DNA of 64,000 nucleotides, taken from positions 1-64,000 of the IMG/VR virus record IMGVR_UViG_3300036780_000119; one strand, 5' to 3'. The translations under genes were made by a program, and so were the position numbers. The notes beneath the pieces are model-generated. The model was given only the letters and a program-made list of their open reading frames with translations, made no database searches and was not told the DNA's origin. Below are positions 54,601 through 63,596 of this stretch, one piece after another. Source of the stretch: a virus. Numbering within the stretch: the first letter of the stretch is position 1; the number at the start of each line of letters is the position of its first letter.

Positions 54601-56085
54601 GGCGCCCTGCACAATGTCCAGCAGGTAGTGGGCGATGCCCGGGTCTTCCTTGAGCAGGTTGCCCAGCGCCTGCCCCAGGGTGCCGACGATGTGGCCGAAC
54701 TGCTGCAGGTAGCCGACACCGGACTGGAGCAGCGAGCCGAACCCGCCTTGTGCCTTAACCCACAGGTCGATCTTGGCGATCCAGTCGTCAAAGACCGTGA
54801 CAACCTGCCGGGCGGTGCTGTTGAACGCGCCGGTGTTCGACTCGACCGCACGCAGCGCGCCGCCGTAGGCCTCGATGGTCTGCGGCGCCATCGCCTTGTT
54901 CAGGTTGTCGAACGAGCCGGTGATCGGCTTGAGGTGGGTGCCGAAGGAGTCGCCGACCTGGGTGAGCGCCATCCAGTGCGTGTACAGATCCTGGGTGCTG
55001 TTCACCATGGCGGTGATGCCGGCGGCTGCCGCCACGGTGGCCAGCCCGACGGACAGCATCGCTTCGGCGACGCCGTCCAGGGCGACGTGCCACAGCTTGA
55101 CCCCGCCGATGGTGCCGGTCAGCCAGCCGAACCGGCCACCCGCACCGCCGAGCACCCCGCGGCCCCCACCGCCGGCGGCGCCCCCGGCGGCGTTGGCTGC
55201 CAGGTTGGTGCTGATCGCGGCCCGGATCGCCGCCAGCCGGGCCAGCCCGGCAGCACCCAGGCTGGGCAGGATCGGCACCGTCACCGGCCGGTGGGTCGCG
55301 GCCACGAGCTGCGCCCAGGCGGCGACAAGGGACGGCTTGTTCAGGCTGGCACCCAGCGGGACCGTGCCGCCGGGCAGCAGGTGCAGGCCGGCCCGGAACG
55401 CTGCCTGCGCCCGCGCCAGCGACGTCTGATTCAGGCTGATGTTCAGCGGCAGCTGGCCGCCGTGGGCGATGCCGGTGGCGGCGCGGAACTGGGCGAGCGC
55501 CTGCGTCAGGGACGTCTGGTTCAGGTTCACATCCAGCGGGATGCTGCCGCCGTGGGCGATGCCGGTGGCGGCGCGGAACGCCGCCATGGCCCGCTGCAGG
55601 CTGGGGTAGTCGAAGTCCACGACCAGGGGCAGCCGGCCACCGGTCAGCAGCCCGGTGGCGGTGCGGAACTGGGCCGCGGCCTTGGCCAGCGACCCGGTGT
55701 TGAGGGCAAAGTTCAGGTCGATGGTGCCGCCGGGCAGCAGCCCGAGCGCGTCCCGCGCGGCGGCCTGCGCACGGGCGAGGGATGCCTTGTCGGTGTCGAA
55801 TTTGATCGGCACCGTCTGGCCGGCCAGCGGCCCGAGCGCGGCCTTGGCCTTGGCCGCCGACGCGGGGTCCACGTTGAACCGCAGCGGCACCGACTTGCCG
55901 GCCACCAGCGGCCCAAGCGCGGCCTGCGCTTTGGCCACGGAGTCTTTGTCGATGGTGAACTTGACCGGGACGCTCGTGTCGAGGGCGGCGAGCGCGGTTT
56001 TGAGGTCAGCCTGGGTTTCGGCGAGGAAACCCCGCATGTCCGGGAGGATTCCGACCCGGGCGGTGCCGACCAGGACTCCAGGCAT
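51604..56085 (-). CDS. Tape measure protein with C-terminal lytic transglycosylase domain
   Basis: 1493 aa Ala/Gly-rich; RESGW...ANPSGAYGIPQ...QIRWGLGYI..YG. Confidence 0.9.
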   Translation of the reverse strand: MPGVLVGTARVGILPDMRGFLAETQADLKTALAALDTSVPVKFTIDKDSVAKAQAALGPLVAGKSVPLRFNVDPASAAKAKAALGPLAGQTVPIKFDTDKASLARAQAAARDALGLLPGGTIDLNFALNTGSLAKAAAQFRTATGLLTGGRLPLVVDFDYPSLQRAMAAFRAATGIAHGGSIPLDVNLNQTSLTQALAQFRAATGIAHGGQLPLNISLNQTSLARAQAAFRAGLHLLPGGTVPLGASLNKPSLVAAWAQLVAATHRPVTVPILPSLGAAGLARLAAIRAAISTNLAANAAGGAAGGGGRGVLGGAGGRFGWLTGTIGGVKLWHVALDGVAEAMLSVGLATVAAAAGITAMVNSTQDLYTHWMALTQVGDSFGTHLKPITGSFDNLNKAMAPQTIEAYGGALRAVESNTGAFNSTARQVVTVFDDWIAKIDLWVKAQGGFGSLLQSGVGYLQQFGHIVGTLGQALGNLLKEDPGIAHYLLDIVQGAAELLKLFTELPAPIVQTVLALHGLWLWSKVLSAPLLAAGRGLGYLSAKQVDAVKSGTSFKNLLKFAVTSPWGWIATASAAIGYFTYQASQGTPAARKFIDTINQRIDTDQASTAITDIGVAIGQLNTKIAATTSGSELKQMQSGGFWTQLGEFFTQGVPNWIMGVGHAFANLGHVMGSQGPGLGQIKAIGGIFTAIFGHAGAGAEAARIDISKYNAEIGQLLGKQKNLFTETGNLITQGHTYSQSLAIMNLAGVRAGDSVATMAIKVQNLKDGYKAAGIQAGLLGNSVNAVTFATLQQQSSIAKVTGGWDAFFKTVSGGETGFSQFAQQLATLNKDMSGSGSAAKATKVSLDGLNTSSIAARMQFQQTIGAAQTQADNLMTLASAAGDGTKGYHLLTDGIKGLVATLLPSVKGSKSATAELYALAQQGGYPAADSFKQLAEWAGKPATGLARTDKATTTLTVDAAGLARDVKRLSTALGTTLTNAMSTAIFIAHGGQASFNNFAEAMAHHSLASSQVAAATKRVGNTLIGTLHNVGEARQAFMTFAEGMGATNYQAKVLWDTFRNQPFSATGSKIQNVQQQIAQLAQKLGISKTAATALWDSMHQGQTQTSTLSKALEAYNTDVRNNTQNTDAGRGARAQLIKDLEKTGLTAGQAKIDVNNLTGAIKKIPPKEGFYLSMTGKGQYSIHQQGAYFQGESGHATQGGTTPVSGASGAYVHAGTTATADDVFARVSKGELIVPAKMVSAGLVDHLRGSIPGFADGGLVLAGNKNVLDGKYATNMVNNFTSDMTSSMVSAMKSAIKTAATAAASGFGIPGAVAATGPAQSIAKRLIATMGWADQWPALDLLWTRESGWRWNAANPSGAYGIPQSLPASKMAAAGADYLTNPETQIRWGLGYIKATYGGPDNAWAHELSHGWYDRGGILPPGLTLAANLTGKPEVVLPASQLHRAGHPGAGSNTYIAQFPDEWAATAMESRVRQAFTAMAINDGRRARIGRPN

Positions 56086-56155
56086 GGCGTGACCTCCCTC
56101 ACCGGGGCTCGTGGAGGTACGCTGACGTCAGCCGTCAAGAGGGGGAAGGATTTAC

Positions 56156-56524
56156 ATGAGCATGCGCAGAACACGCGCCGCCGTGGTGGTGTGCGCGGTA
56201 GCCGCCGCGGTGGCCGGGTGTGCCGCATCCGGGCAGACGCCGGTGCAGCGTAATATCGCCGCGCACCCGGCGGTGGCCTGTCCGGTGATCGCCGCGCAGG
56301 TGCGGGCGCTGAACCGGTACAGCAGTTTCCCCGGGCCGGTGGGTGACCCGGGCGCGGGGGAGCGGGAACTGGCCGGCGAGTTCGGCAACGTCAGCTCGGG
56401 GGCGGGCCGGCTCGCCGCCGCCGAAGTGACCTTCGCCAGCGACGTTTCGTCCCTGCCCGCCGGCACGCCCGGGTATAACAGCACCGTGGCCGGTGACGTG
56501 GCCGCTCTCGCCCGCCTCTGCTAG
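56156..56524 (+). CDS. Putative lipoprotein, antisense insert in the tail operon
   Basis: VAGC lipobox, RBS. Confidence 0.6.
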   Translation: MSMRRTRAAVVVCAVAAAVAGCAASGQTPVQRNIAAHPAVACPVIAAQVRALNRYSSFPGPVGDPGAGERELAGEFGNVSSGAGRLAAAEVTFASDVSSLPAGTPGYNSTVAGDVAALARLC

Positions 56525-56997
56525 CTGCCGCCCTCGCCGTGAATCAGGTGCAGCGGCGGGTCCTGCCCGGTCAGCTGCCGGTAGGCGGCAACGGTCAGCA
56601 CCTTGCGTGGCCTGCCGGTCACACCCGGCCGGATGATCGGGTCGGGCCGGGGGACGCGGGTGCTGCTGCCACTGTTCACCGTCGAATACAGCCAGACCAG
56701 TTCCCGCATCGTGTCCACCGCCGCGGCGAGCAGCATCTGATCATGGGACCAGGGCCGCGCCGCCGGGTCTGCGTCCCCCGCCGCCTGGGCGGTGGCTTCG
56801 GGGATCTCGGTGCGGATCGCGGTCATCGTCGCCGACTCCGCGGGCAGATGCTGCACGAGCCGGCCCAGTTTCCGCCACGACAGGCGGCTGCCGGGCCGCC
56901 ACAGGTCCAGCAGGTCCAGGTGGTAGTAGCGGTGCAGGTCGGCCTCTACTGCCCCGCCGTGCTCGTGGACGAGCCAGGCGAGGCGGCGGATTCCCCC
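56521..56997 (-). CDS. Tail assembly chaperone, frameshifted C-terminal extension
   Basis: -1 frame from the slippery site reads GIRRLAWLVHEHGGAVEADLHRYY...HLPAESAT...PDPIIRPG. Confidence 0.75.
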   Translation of the reverse strand, partial: GGIRRLAWLVHEHGGAVEADLHRYYHLDLLDLWRPGSRLSWRKLGRLVQHLPAESATMTAIRTEIPEATAQAAGDADPAARPWSHDQMLLAAAVDTMRELVWLYSTVNSGSSTRVPRPDPIIRPGVTGRPRKVLTVAAYRQLTGQDPPLHLIHGEGGS

Positions 56998-57350
56998 TCA
57001 TCCACCCCGGAATGCTCCTGCCAGGACTGCCACAGCTTGTTGTAGCCGCCGGTGCTGAGCCGGACCGCGGTGAACTTCTCCCACTGGCCGGCCAGGCCGG
57101 CTTTCAGCAGGTCGTGGATGGTGGCCTGCGCCGACATGACACCGTCGGGGCCTTCGCCGACATGCCAGTCCAGGTCGGCCATGTGCGGCATCTCGAACCG
57201 GTGGCCGCCGAGAGTGAAAACGAACGGCTCCCGCAGCGCCTCCGCCTGCCAGATGTCCAGGTCAAGCGCCACCGGCAGCCCGTTTCTCTTGTTTTCCAGT
57301 GGCGTGCCGTGGTTCTGCGGGCTGCGGGCCCTGGCGGATGTTCCTGCCAT
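56946..57350 (-). CDS. Tail assembly chaperone
   Basis: Between major tail and tape measure; ends GVDEGES. Confidence 0.8.
   Translation of the reverse strand: MAGTSARARSPQNHGTPLENKRNGLPVALDLDIWQAEALREPFVFTLGGHRFEMPHMADLDWHVGEGPDGVMSAQATIHDLLKAGLAGQWEKFTAVRLSTGGYNKLWQSWQEHSGVDEGESAASPGSSTSTAGQ
56991..56997 (-). other. Programmed -1 frameshift site GGGGGAA
   Basis: G GGG GAA near the chaperone end; -1 frame continues to 56521. Confidence 0.75.
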
Positions 57351-57364
57351 AGGTCAGGCCTCTC

Positions 57365-57961
57365 TCAGGAGTTGGTCGCGGCCGGGGTGACCGGCGCGTT
57401 GTCGAGCCGGTAGCAGGTGACCCCGGCGTTGTCGGGGTAGCAGGTCAGGGTGCAGTCGAACTTGGCGACGTCGTTCTGGCTGTAGGCCACGTTCGCCCGG
57501 GTGGTGACCTCACCGACCGGGACGTAGAACTGCTGGAGGGTGGGCCCGTCGGCGAGCCGGAACAGCCACGCCCGCCGGTCAGGCACCGGCGTTGGCGAGT
57601 CCGCGACAGTGCGCAGCCCGGTGGTGCGGGTCAGCGACGACAGCGGCACCCGGAACATGACCGACTGGCAAATGTCCCGTTCGGCTTCGAGCATGACCAC
57701 CTGGAACGTTTTCGCCTGCTCCGTGTACAAAACACGAAAGGGTGTCAGAATGCCAATGGCCATGACATTCGTGGTGGTTTCGGAAAAGCCTTCGGTGATG
57801 CCGGTCTGGTCACATGCGCCGACCGGGATCCACGACGCCGACGGGACGGTGGACGGGTCAGCGGGCGCGCCGGGCGGATCCCCGGCATAGTCCACGGTGA
57901 ATGCGACAGCATTGCCCGCGTTGAGGGTAAGCGCCTCGTCACGGTCGACAACGAACGTCAT
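57365..57961 (-). CDS. Major tail protein
   Basis: W..VG.....GITE, GEVTTR..V.Y......F..TLTCYPD. Confidence 0.85.
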   Translation of the reverse strand: MTFVVDRDEALTLNAGNAVAFTVDYAGDPPGAPADPSTVPSASWIPVGACDQTGITEGFSETTTNVMAIGILTPFRVLYTEQAKTFQVVMLEAERDICQSVMFRVPLSSLTRTTGLRTVADSPTPVPDRRAWLFRLADGPTLQQFYVPVGEVTTRANVAYSQNDVAKFDCTLTCYPDNAGVTCYRLDNAPVTPAATNS

Positions 57962-57979
57962 AATGGATCGCCTTTCCTG

Positions 57980-58408
57980 TTATGCGGGCGCTGGGTGCAG
58001 ATAGATTTCGTAGGTGGCGGTGCTGCGGCGCACATCCAGGTCCTGGTAGGTCATCCAGCCGGGGCCTTTGATGGTGTTGACCAGGCCGATGACGGCACCG
58101 CCGGTTACCGCGCCGGTCAGGTAGCGGGTGAGCAGAAGGTGGGCCTGCCGGCCCAGCAGCGACGCGCCGATCCGGTCGGCGGCGAACGCGTCCACGTCCA
58201 CGATGGGCCGGTCGAGGATGCCTTCGAGGTCGCTGCCGCTGCTGCGGGCGACCGCCACGAGAGGCACCGCACTGGCCAGGCCGGCGGGGGTTTCAGTGCA
58301 GGTGCGGACCGTGGCCGCGTACCGGGTGGTGAACTGGGCGGCCAGCCACGGCACCAGCACGGCCTCGATGTCGGGGAACAGCGCCGGCGCGGGAACCGGG
58401 GTGGTCAA
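57980..58408 (-). CDS. Tail terminator
   Basis: FPDIEAVLV.WL, DRPIVDVDAFA; position. Confidence 0.75.
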   Translation of the reverse strand: MTTPVPAPALFPDIEAVLVPWLAAQFTTRYAATVRTCTETPAGLASAVPLVAVARSSGSDLEGILDRPIVDVDAFAADRIGASLLGRQAHLLLTRYLTGAVTGGAVIGLVNTIKGPGWMTYQDLDVRRSTATYEIYLHPAPA

Positions 58409-58758
58409 GCCGCGCCCCCGGCCGCCTGGAGCAGGGCAATGAGCAGCGTGTGATACCGCTGAATGTTTTTGTTGCCGTACTCGATGAACAGCGCTTCGGG
58501 GGCGTCGTTTTCCACCGTGGCCCAGGCCCGGTCGCTCAGCACGCGTGCGCCCGGCATCCCGGACAGGCCGTGATGCAGCCGGAACGATTCCTTGTAGCGG
58601 CCCCTGTGCGGGTCGTCGCCGCCGCCGACGGGTGCCTGCGCGATGGCCTGCGCCATGACAGCTTCCATGCGGCGCACCATGTCGGCTTCCATGTCGGGGG
58701 TGCGGAGCAGTTCACCGACTGCGGCCTTGTCGAAATCGATGGACGTGACCTTGGCCAT
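58405..58758 (-). CDS. HK97 gp10-like neck protein
   Basis: APV......GRYKESF, ALFIEYG. Confidence 0.75.
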   Translation of the reverse strand: MAKVTSIDFDKAAVGELLRTPDMEADMVRRMEAVMAQAIAQAPVGGGDDPHRGRYKESFRLHHGLSGMPGARVLSDRAWATVENDAPEALFIEYGNKNIQRYHTLLIALLQAAGGAA

Positions 58759-58775
58759 GGAAAACGCACCCCCGG

Positions 58776-59165
58776 TCAGCCGGTGATTTTGATCAGTTCC
58801 ACTTGCACGCATGCGGCGACGCCGGTGAAAGGTGACGTGTAGCTGCCGGGGACGCCGGCGACGCGCCACGTTTCGCCGCCGATCAGCACCTCATCGAGAT
58901 CCCCAACCGGGGTGCCGGGCGGCAGGAACATCGTGTAACCGGCCGCGATGATGACTTCGCCTTGCAGTTCCTCAGCGAACGAGGAGCCGCGGGTGGCGCG
59001 GGGCGCGAGTTTCATCTGCAGCGGCACCAGGACGGCCTGCACCTGGAAGGAGGTTGTGACCGTGTACACGTCGTTGCCGAGGTCGTCGGTGCCGGTGACG
59101 CCGCGCCGCTGGATGGTGACCGGGGTGCCGCCGGGCCAGTTGGAGGTGAGCGCGGGTGTGCTCAC
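58776..59165 (-). CDS. Head-to-tail stopper
   Basis: DDLGN, D.V.I.G..W.V.G.P....SPFTG. Confidence 0.75.
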   Translation of the reverse strand: MSTPALTSNWPGGTPVTIQRRGVTGTDDLGNDVYTVTTSFQVQAVLVPLQMKLAPRATRGSSFAEELQGEVIIAAGYTMFLPPGTPVGDLDEVLIGGETWRVAGVPGSYTSPFTGVAACVQVELIKITG

Positions 59166-59168
59166 CTG

Positions 59169-59780
59169 TCAGGCCCTCCGCCACAGCGACACCGGTTGCG
59201 CGGCCGGGGACGTGTGCAGCGACCAGCCCGCAGGAGGGTCTAGTGGCTCCAGCCCGCATGCCCGCGCCACTGCGAGCCGCCGGGCCCGGTCCCAGGTGGT
59301 GACACCTATCCAGGTCGCCGCCTCGCACGGGTACGGGCTGACCGGCCAGTCGAGTGCCAGCACGCCACCGGGGCGCACCGCTCCGGCGAGAGCAGCGGTG
59401 ATGCGGGCGCCGTCGTCCCAGCTGTGATGGATCAGGACCGCCAGGCATATGGCCGCATCCACCTCGAACCCGGCGAGCGCGGTGCCCTGGGTGAGGGCAA
59501 CCGGAATGTGGGGTGCCCGGCGGGTCAGTTCGCGGAGCATTCTCGCGGACGCGTCGGCGGCGGTCACGTCGTAGCCGAGCGCGGCGAGGGGGATGGTTAC
59601 CCGGCCGTCGCCGCAGCCGAAGTCGATCACGCTCCAGTCAGCGGGGAGCAGCTTCGCGAGATGGCGTGCCTGGGCGGCACCGGACGCCCAGTAGGCGTCC
59701 TCAGAGACGTGTTCCCGGGTGGGGTGGATGCACGCCAGGTCCGCTTCGTCCCACGCCTGGATGACCGACTGGAAGGTCAC
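59169..59780 (-). CDS. Class I SAM-dependent methyltransferase
   Basis: VIDFGCGDGR, ADAS..ML, VRPGG. Confidence 0.85.
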   Translation of the reverse strand: MTFQSVIQAWDEADLACIHPTREHVSEDAYWASGAAQARHLAKLLPADWSVIDFGCGDGRVTIPLAALGYDVTAADASARMLRELTRRAPHIPVALTQGTALAGFEVDAAICLAVLIHHSWDDGARITAALAGAVRPGGVLALDWPVSPYPCEAATWIGVTTWDRARRLAVARACGLEPLDPPAGWSLHTSPAAQPVSLWRRA

Positions 59781-60742
59781 GGCGCGAGCGCCTCAACGGC
59801 GCGGCACCACGCCTCCAGTTCCCCGGCCGGGTCGAGTTCGGCGTACCGTTTCTGCGCCGCCTCGGAGGCTTTGAGCCACGCAGCGGGTTTGGCCAGCCGC
59901 CGGATCTGGGTGACCCATTCGGCTGGGTTGTCCCGGCTGGCCCAGATGGCCGCGCCGCCGAGGTTCTCCACCAGGGCGCCTTCGGCCTGGTGGGCGATGA
60001 CGGGGATGCCCGAGCACATGGCTTCGGTGGCGACGCGGCCCCAGCTTTCGTAGTTTGAGGGGACCATGAGGATGCGGGTGCGGGCATACACGTCGTCACG
60101 CATCAGGCGGCCGTCCATGCAGTCCAGGACGGTCACGTTCGGCGGCACCACGGGGGGGATGACCTGCTCGCCGTAGGAGCCTTTGACGGCGAGGAACCCG
60201 GTGCCCGGCATCTGCCGGGCAACCTCCCAGAACAGTGGGGCGCCTTTGCCGGGGGTGAGGTTGATCTGGGTGACCAGGGTGCCCGGGGTGGTCTGGTAGG
60301 TGCCGGCGTCGACCGGTGGCCGCACCAGGACGGTGGTGCCGGCCCAGGAAAGCTGGCTGGCCATCCATTCGCTGTTCACCACGGCGAGGGCCGGGCTGGC
60401 GGCCGGCAGCAGTTCGGCGTCGCGGCGGGTGTTGTGCAGCACCAGCACCAGCGGGACGCCGTAGCCGCGGGCCAGGTCGGCAACCGGGACGGTGTTGTTC
60501 AGGTGGGTGACGTACACGTCGGGGCGCGGCCCGGCCGGGATGCTGCCCGGTGGCAGCACCCGCACCCCGTCCAGGGTCCACGGGTCTGGGTGGGCGGGCA
60601 CCGGCTGGCTCAGCCGCACCTCCACCCGGTGGCCCCGGGCCGCGAGGGCGGCGAGCATCGGCGCCAGCATCCATTCCGCGCCGGCGTTGGTGGCCGGCGG
60701 GAACCCGTGCACCTGCGCAACCACATGCAGCCGCCGGGTCAC
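59777..60742 (-). CDS. Glycosyltransferase family 4
   Basis: GAE, PS.YESWGRVATEAMCSGIPVI. Confidence 0.85.
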   Translation of the reverse strand: MTRRLHVVAQVHGFPPATNAGAEWMLAPMLAALAARGHRVEVRLSQPVPAHPDPWTLDGVRVLPPGSIPAGPRPDVYVTHLNNTVPVADLARGYGVPLVLVLHNTRRDAELLPAASPALAVVNSEWMASQLSWAGTTVLVRPPVDAGTYQTTPGTLVTQINLTPGKGAPLFWEVARQMPGTGFLAVKGSYGEQVIPPVVPPNVTVLDCMDGRLMRDDVYARTRILMVPSNYESWGRVATEAMCSGIPVIAHQAEGALVENLGGAAIWASRDNPAEWVTQIRRLAKPAAWLKASEAAQKRYAELDPAGELEAWCRAVEALAP

Positions 60743-61371
60743 CGCAGTCCCGTCTGGATCGTGTTCACCTTGTCGCGGAAGTCGTCCAGGATGGCCAGGT
60801 CAGCCTGCGACAGTGCCACCGCGACGCCGCCGCCGCCGGCCTCCAGCCGGTAGGAGTAGGGGCCGATGGTTTCGCCGATGACCCCGGCCGCGGCGGTGGG
60901 TGCGGTGAGCACGGCGAGGGCGGCGTTCGCGCACACCATCACCACCTCGTCGGGCACCTGCGGGTAGCCGTAGCTGTAGGTGACGCGGAACGTCTGCGGG
61001 TACAGGTCGCTGGTCCACCAGATTTCCGGCAGGTTGATGATCCCGGTGCCCGGCGACATGCGGATGGTGCGGATCCCGTCGAACGTGTACCAGGGGATGG
61101 GCACGTCGGGCAGGCCCATCCCGCCGCCGATCGCCACCACCGCCGAGACGGACTGCACCGGGTACTGGGGCAGCCAGATCATGCTGTCGTGCCCGTGCAG
61201 CACCTGCGTTTCGCTGGTGTGCAGGAGGAAGTCCCGGCGGCAGTACCTGCGGATCTGGGCGGACGCGTCGGCGAGCAGCGCACCGAGCCGGGCGTTTTCC
61301 GCCTCGGTGATGTTGCGGCCGAGCCGGGCGGCCACGTCGGTTGGTGTGGCGAGAGGAGGCAGCGAGGACAT
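60739..61371 (-). CDS. Head-to-tail adaptor
   Basis: LATPTDVAARLGR...LLADASAQIR, VTYSYGY..VP, ETIGPYSY. Confidence 0.8.
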   Translation of the reverse strand: MSSLPPLATPTDVAARLGRNITEAENARLGALLADASAQIRRYCRRDFLLHTSETQVLHGHDSMIWLPQYPVQSVSAVVAIGGGMGLPDVPIPWYTFDGIRTIRMSPGTGIINLPEIWWTSDLYPQTFRVTYSYGYPQVPDEVVMVCANAALAVLTAPTAAAGVIGETIGPYSYRLEAGGGGVAVALSQADLAILDDFRDKVNTIQTGLR

Positions 61372-61473
61372 GGCCCAACCCCCGTAAACGTTGCTCGTGA
61401 GAAGCTGCCGGGCACGGTTCACCGGCGAGACGCGCAGCAGACCCGGGAAGGAGGCTGCTCCCGGCAGCCGTTT

Positions 61474-62142
61474 CTAGAACGCGACGACCTGCACCGCGCT
61501 GCCGAGGGTGGCGAACCCCTGCAAGGTGTCACCCGGGCTGAGGAACACCCCTTCCTCCGCCAGCCGCGGGTCATCCAGCGCCGAGTACGCCCACGACCCC
61601 TGCAAGGTGACAGCGGCGGCGACGGTTTCGGTCACGCCGGAAATGGCCCGCACGATCGTGAGGGTCACGTTCGCGTTCGCGCCCGACGTGTTCTGCACCG
61701 GCGGTGCCGCACCCGTGCCGCTGGGCGGCGCGGTCAGGGTGAGGCCGGTCCCGATCGCGGTTGGCGAACCCGCCGCCTGCTGCCGGGTCAGGCCGGTCCC
61801 GTTAACCTGGGAAACGTAGGCGTACCAGCCGGTCGCGCCGGTGGAGGCTCCCGGCGACGACACGGTCAGTGTGGATGTGCTGCCGGTGGTCACCTGCGTC
61901 TTCGCCGCCGACGGGGTTGTCTCGCCGCTGGCTGTCACGTACGTGACCTCCACCGTGTACGTTCCCGCCGCCACCGTGCCGCCCGTCGTCGCCGTGCTCG
62001 TGGACGGCTGGGCAGGTGCCGCAAGGTCGGTGCTGCTGACCGCGACCAGGCTGGAGAACGCCGTCTCCCCGCCTGCGGGTGCCGTGTACAGCGTCGCGTT
62101 GGAGGTGGTGAGAGTCCCGTTGTACAGGACCGGCGCAGTCAT
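61474..62142 (-). CDS. Virion protein, paralog of 62146-62475 with an inserted domain
   Basis: Shared LYNG, LYTA, LDDPRLA.E.V.L.PGD.L.G.A. Confidence 0.65.
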   Translation of the reverse strand: MTAPVLYNGTLTTSNATLYTAPAGGETAFSSLVAVSSTDLAAPAQPSTSTATTGGTVAAGTYTVEVTYVTASGETTPSAAKTQVTTGSTSTLTVSSPGASTGATGWYAYVSQVNGTGLTRQQAAGSPTAIGTGLTLTAPPSGTGAAPPVQNTSGANANVTLTIVRAISGVTETVAAAVTLQGSWAYSALDDPRLAEEGVFLSPGDTLQGFATLGSAVQVVAF

Positions 62143-62145
62143 CGG

Positions 62146-62475
62146 CTAGAACGCGGTGACGGTGACCGCGGTCGCGGTGCCAGCCGAGCCGTGCAGGCTG
62201 TCGCCCGGTTCCAGCTCGACCTCTTCGAGGGCAAGCCGCGGGTCGTCCAGCAGCGACACCGCCGACAGGGTCGGGATCGACAGGGCCGCGCAGATGGTCT
62301 CCACGTCCGTGCTGATGGACCGGTGCACGCTCAGGGAGAGCGTGACCGCGGCGCCGGTGGCGTTCACCGCGACCAGGCTGGCGAACGTCTTCGCCGACCC
62401 GGAGGCGGTGTAGAGGGCCGCGTCGGAGGTGCCGGGCTGCCCGTTGTACAGGTATGCGGTGGGGGTTGCGGTCAT
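62146..62475 (-). CDS. Small virion protein, possible capsid decoration
   Basis: GAAAGGA RBS, directly after capsid gene. Confidence 0.65.
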   Translation of the reverse strand: MTATPTAYLYNGQPGTSDAALYTASGSAKTFASLVAVNATGAAVTLSLSVHRSISTDVETICAALSIPTLSAVSLLDDPRLALEEVELEPGDSLHGSAGTATAVTVTAF

Positions 62476-62538
62476 GACGGTGTGTTCCTTTCGTGCCGCT
62501 CACGCGGCGCTGAAATACCAGGGCCGGGAAAGGCGCGG

Positions 62539-63534
62539 TCAGGAGACGCCGTGAGTGGTCACGACACCGAACGGGAACCGCTGGGTGATGGTCTTGGAAC
62601 GCTGCAGGATGGTCACCGGGTTGACCGTGGCATAGGCGAGCCGCATAACGAGCCGCATGGCGACAGCGTCCTGCTGCATCAGGTTCAGGACCACGTTTCC
62701 GGAATCATCCGAAATGACACCTTCGGTGAACAGCTTGAAGGTCATATCCTGGCGGATGCCGATGATTGCCTTGCCGAAGTCACCGGCCAGCAGTTGCGCT
62801 TTCGACGCATCCCACGACCCGTTTTCGATCATGCTGATCGGGTAGCCGTACAGGCTGGGCATGCCCGGCACGGCACCCTGGGGCTGGATGGCGTTCGCGG
62901 CGAAGATCGGCACACCGGAACCAGAGGACCGCAGGCCCATCAGCTTCCAGTTCAGCCCAGGCCGGCCGGCGAACCCGTTGATGTTGTAGCCGGTGTTGGA
63001 CATCAGGTCGCCGAGCGCGGTGACGGTGACACCGAAGTCGTCGGCGGCGGTGGTGCCGTCGTCGGTGTACCCGTCCTGGATGATGTTCCCGGCGCCGTGC
63101 GCGGCGGTGTAAATGTCGGTGCCCCAGGTGGCTGGCTTGTTCACGCCGAACAGCACAGCGGAGTCGATCAGCGCGCCGAGCGCCTCAACCATGCGGGGCT
63201 GCACCTCAGACCAGATCGGCACGTCCGCGTCGGCCAGGTACGCCTCTGGGACGGGGATGATCGTCGCGGCTTCTTCCACGACGAGGGTGACGTTTTTCCA
63301 TTCCTGGGTGCTGGTCTGCTTCATGCCGGTGTCGCCGCCGACCCAGTAGGCCATCGGCAGCACGTCCAGCACGGGCAGCCGCTGCGTCTTAGACGACAGG
63401 TTGGCCCGCCGCATGAGGGTCAGCGCGGAGCTGGCTTTCGGCAGTTCCTGGATGATCTGTGCCGACAGGGGTTCGGGGACGAGGGCGTCCGAACCCGGGC
63501 TGGTGCGGGCAATGATGTCCGTGTAGTCGGGCAT
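62539..63534 (-). CDS. Major capsid protein (HK97 fold)
   Basis: LVPEP....II, AYWV, LYGYP, GDF, NLMQQD.VA.R. Confidence 0.9.
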   Translation of the reverse strand: MPDYTDIIARTSPGSDALVPEPLSAQIIQELPKASSALTLMRRANLSSKTQRLPVLDVLPMAYWVGGDTGMKQTSTQEWKNVTLVVEEAATIIPVPEAYLADADVPIWSEVQPRMVEALGALIDSAVLFGVNKPATWGTDIYTAAHGAGNIIQDGYTDDGTTAADDFGVTVTALGDLMSNTGYNINGFAGRPGLNWKLMGLRSSGSGVPIFAANAIQPQGAVPGMPSLYGYPISMIENGSWDASKAQLLAGDFGKAIIGIRQDMTFKLFTEGVISDDSGNVVLNLMQQDAVAMRLVMRLAYATVNPVTILQRSKTITQRFPFGVVTTHGVS

Positions 63535-63596
63535 TGCTGCGTTACCTCACTTCTAGTGCAGGCAGCCGGATCCACACGGGTGTCCGCTGCGTGGCG

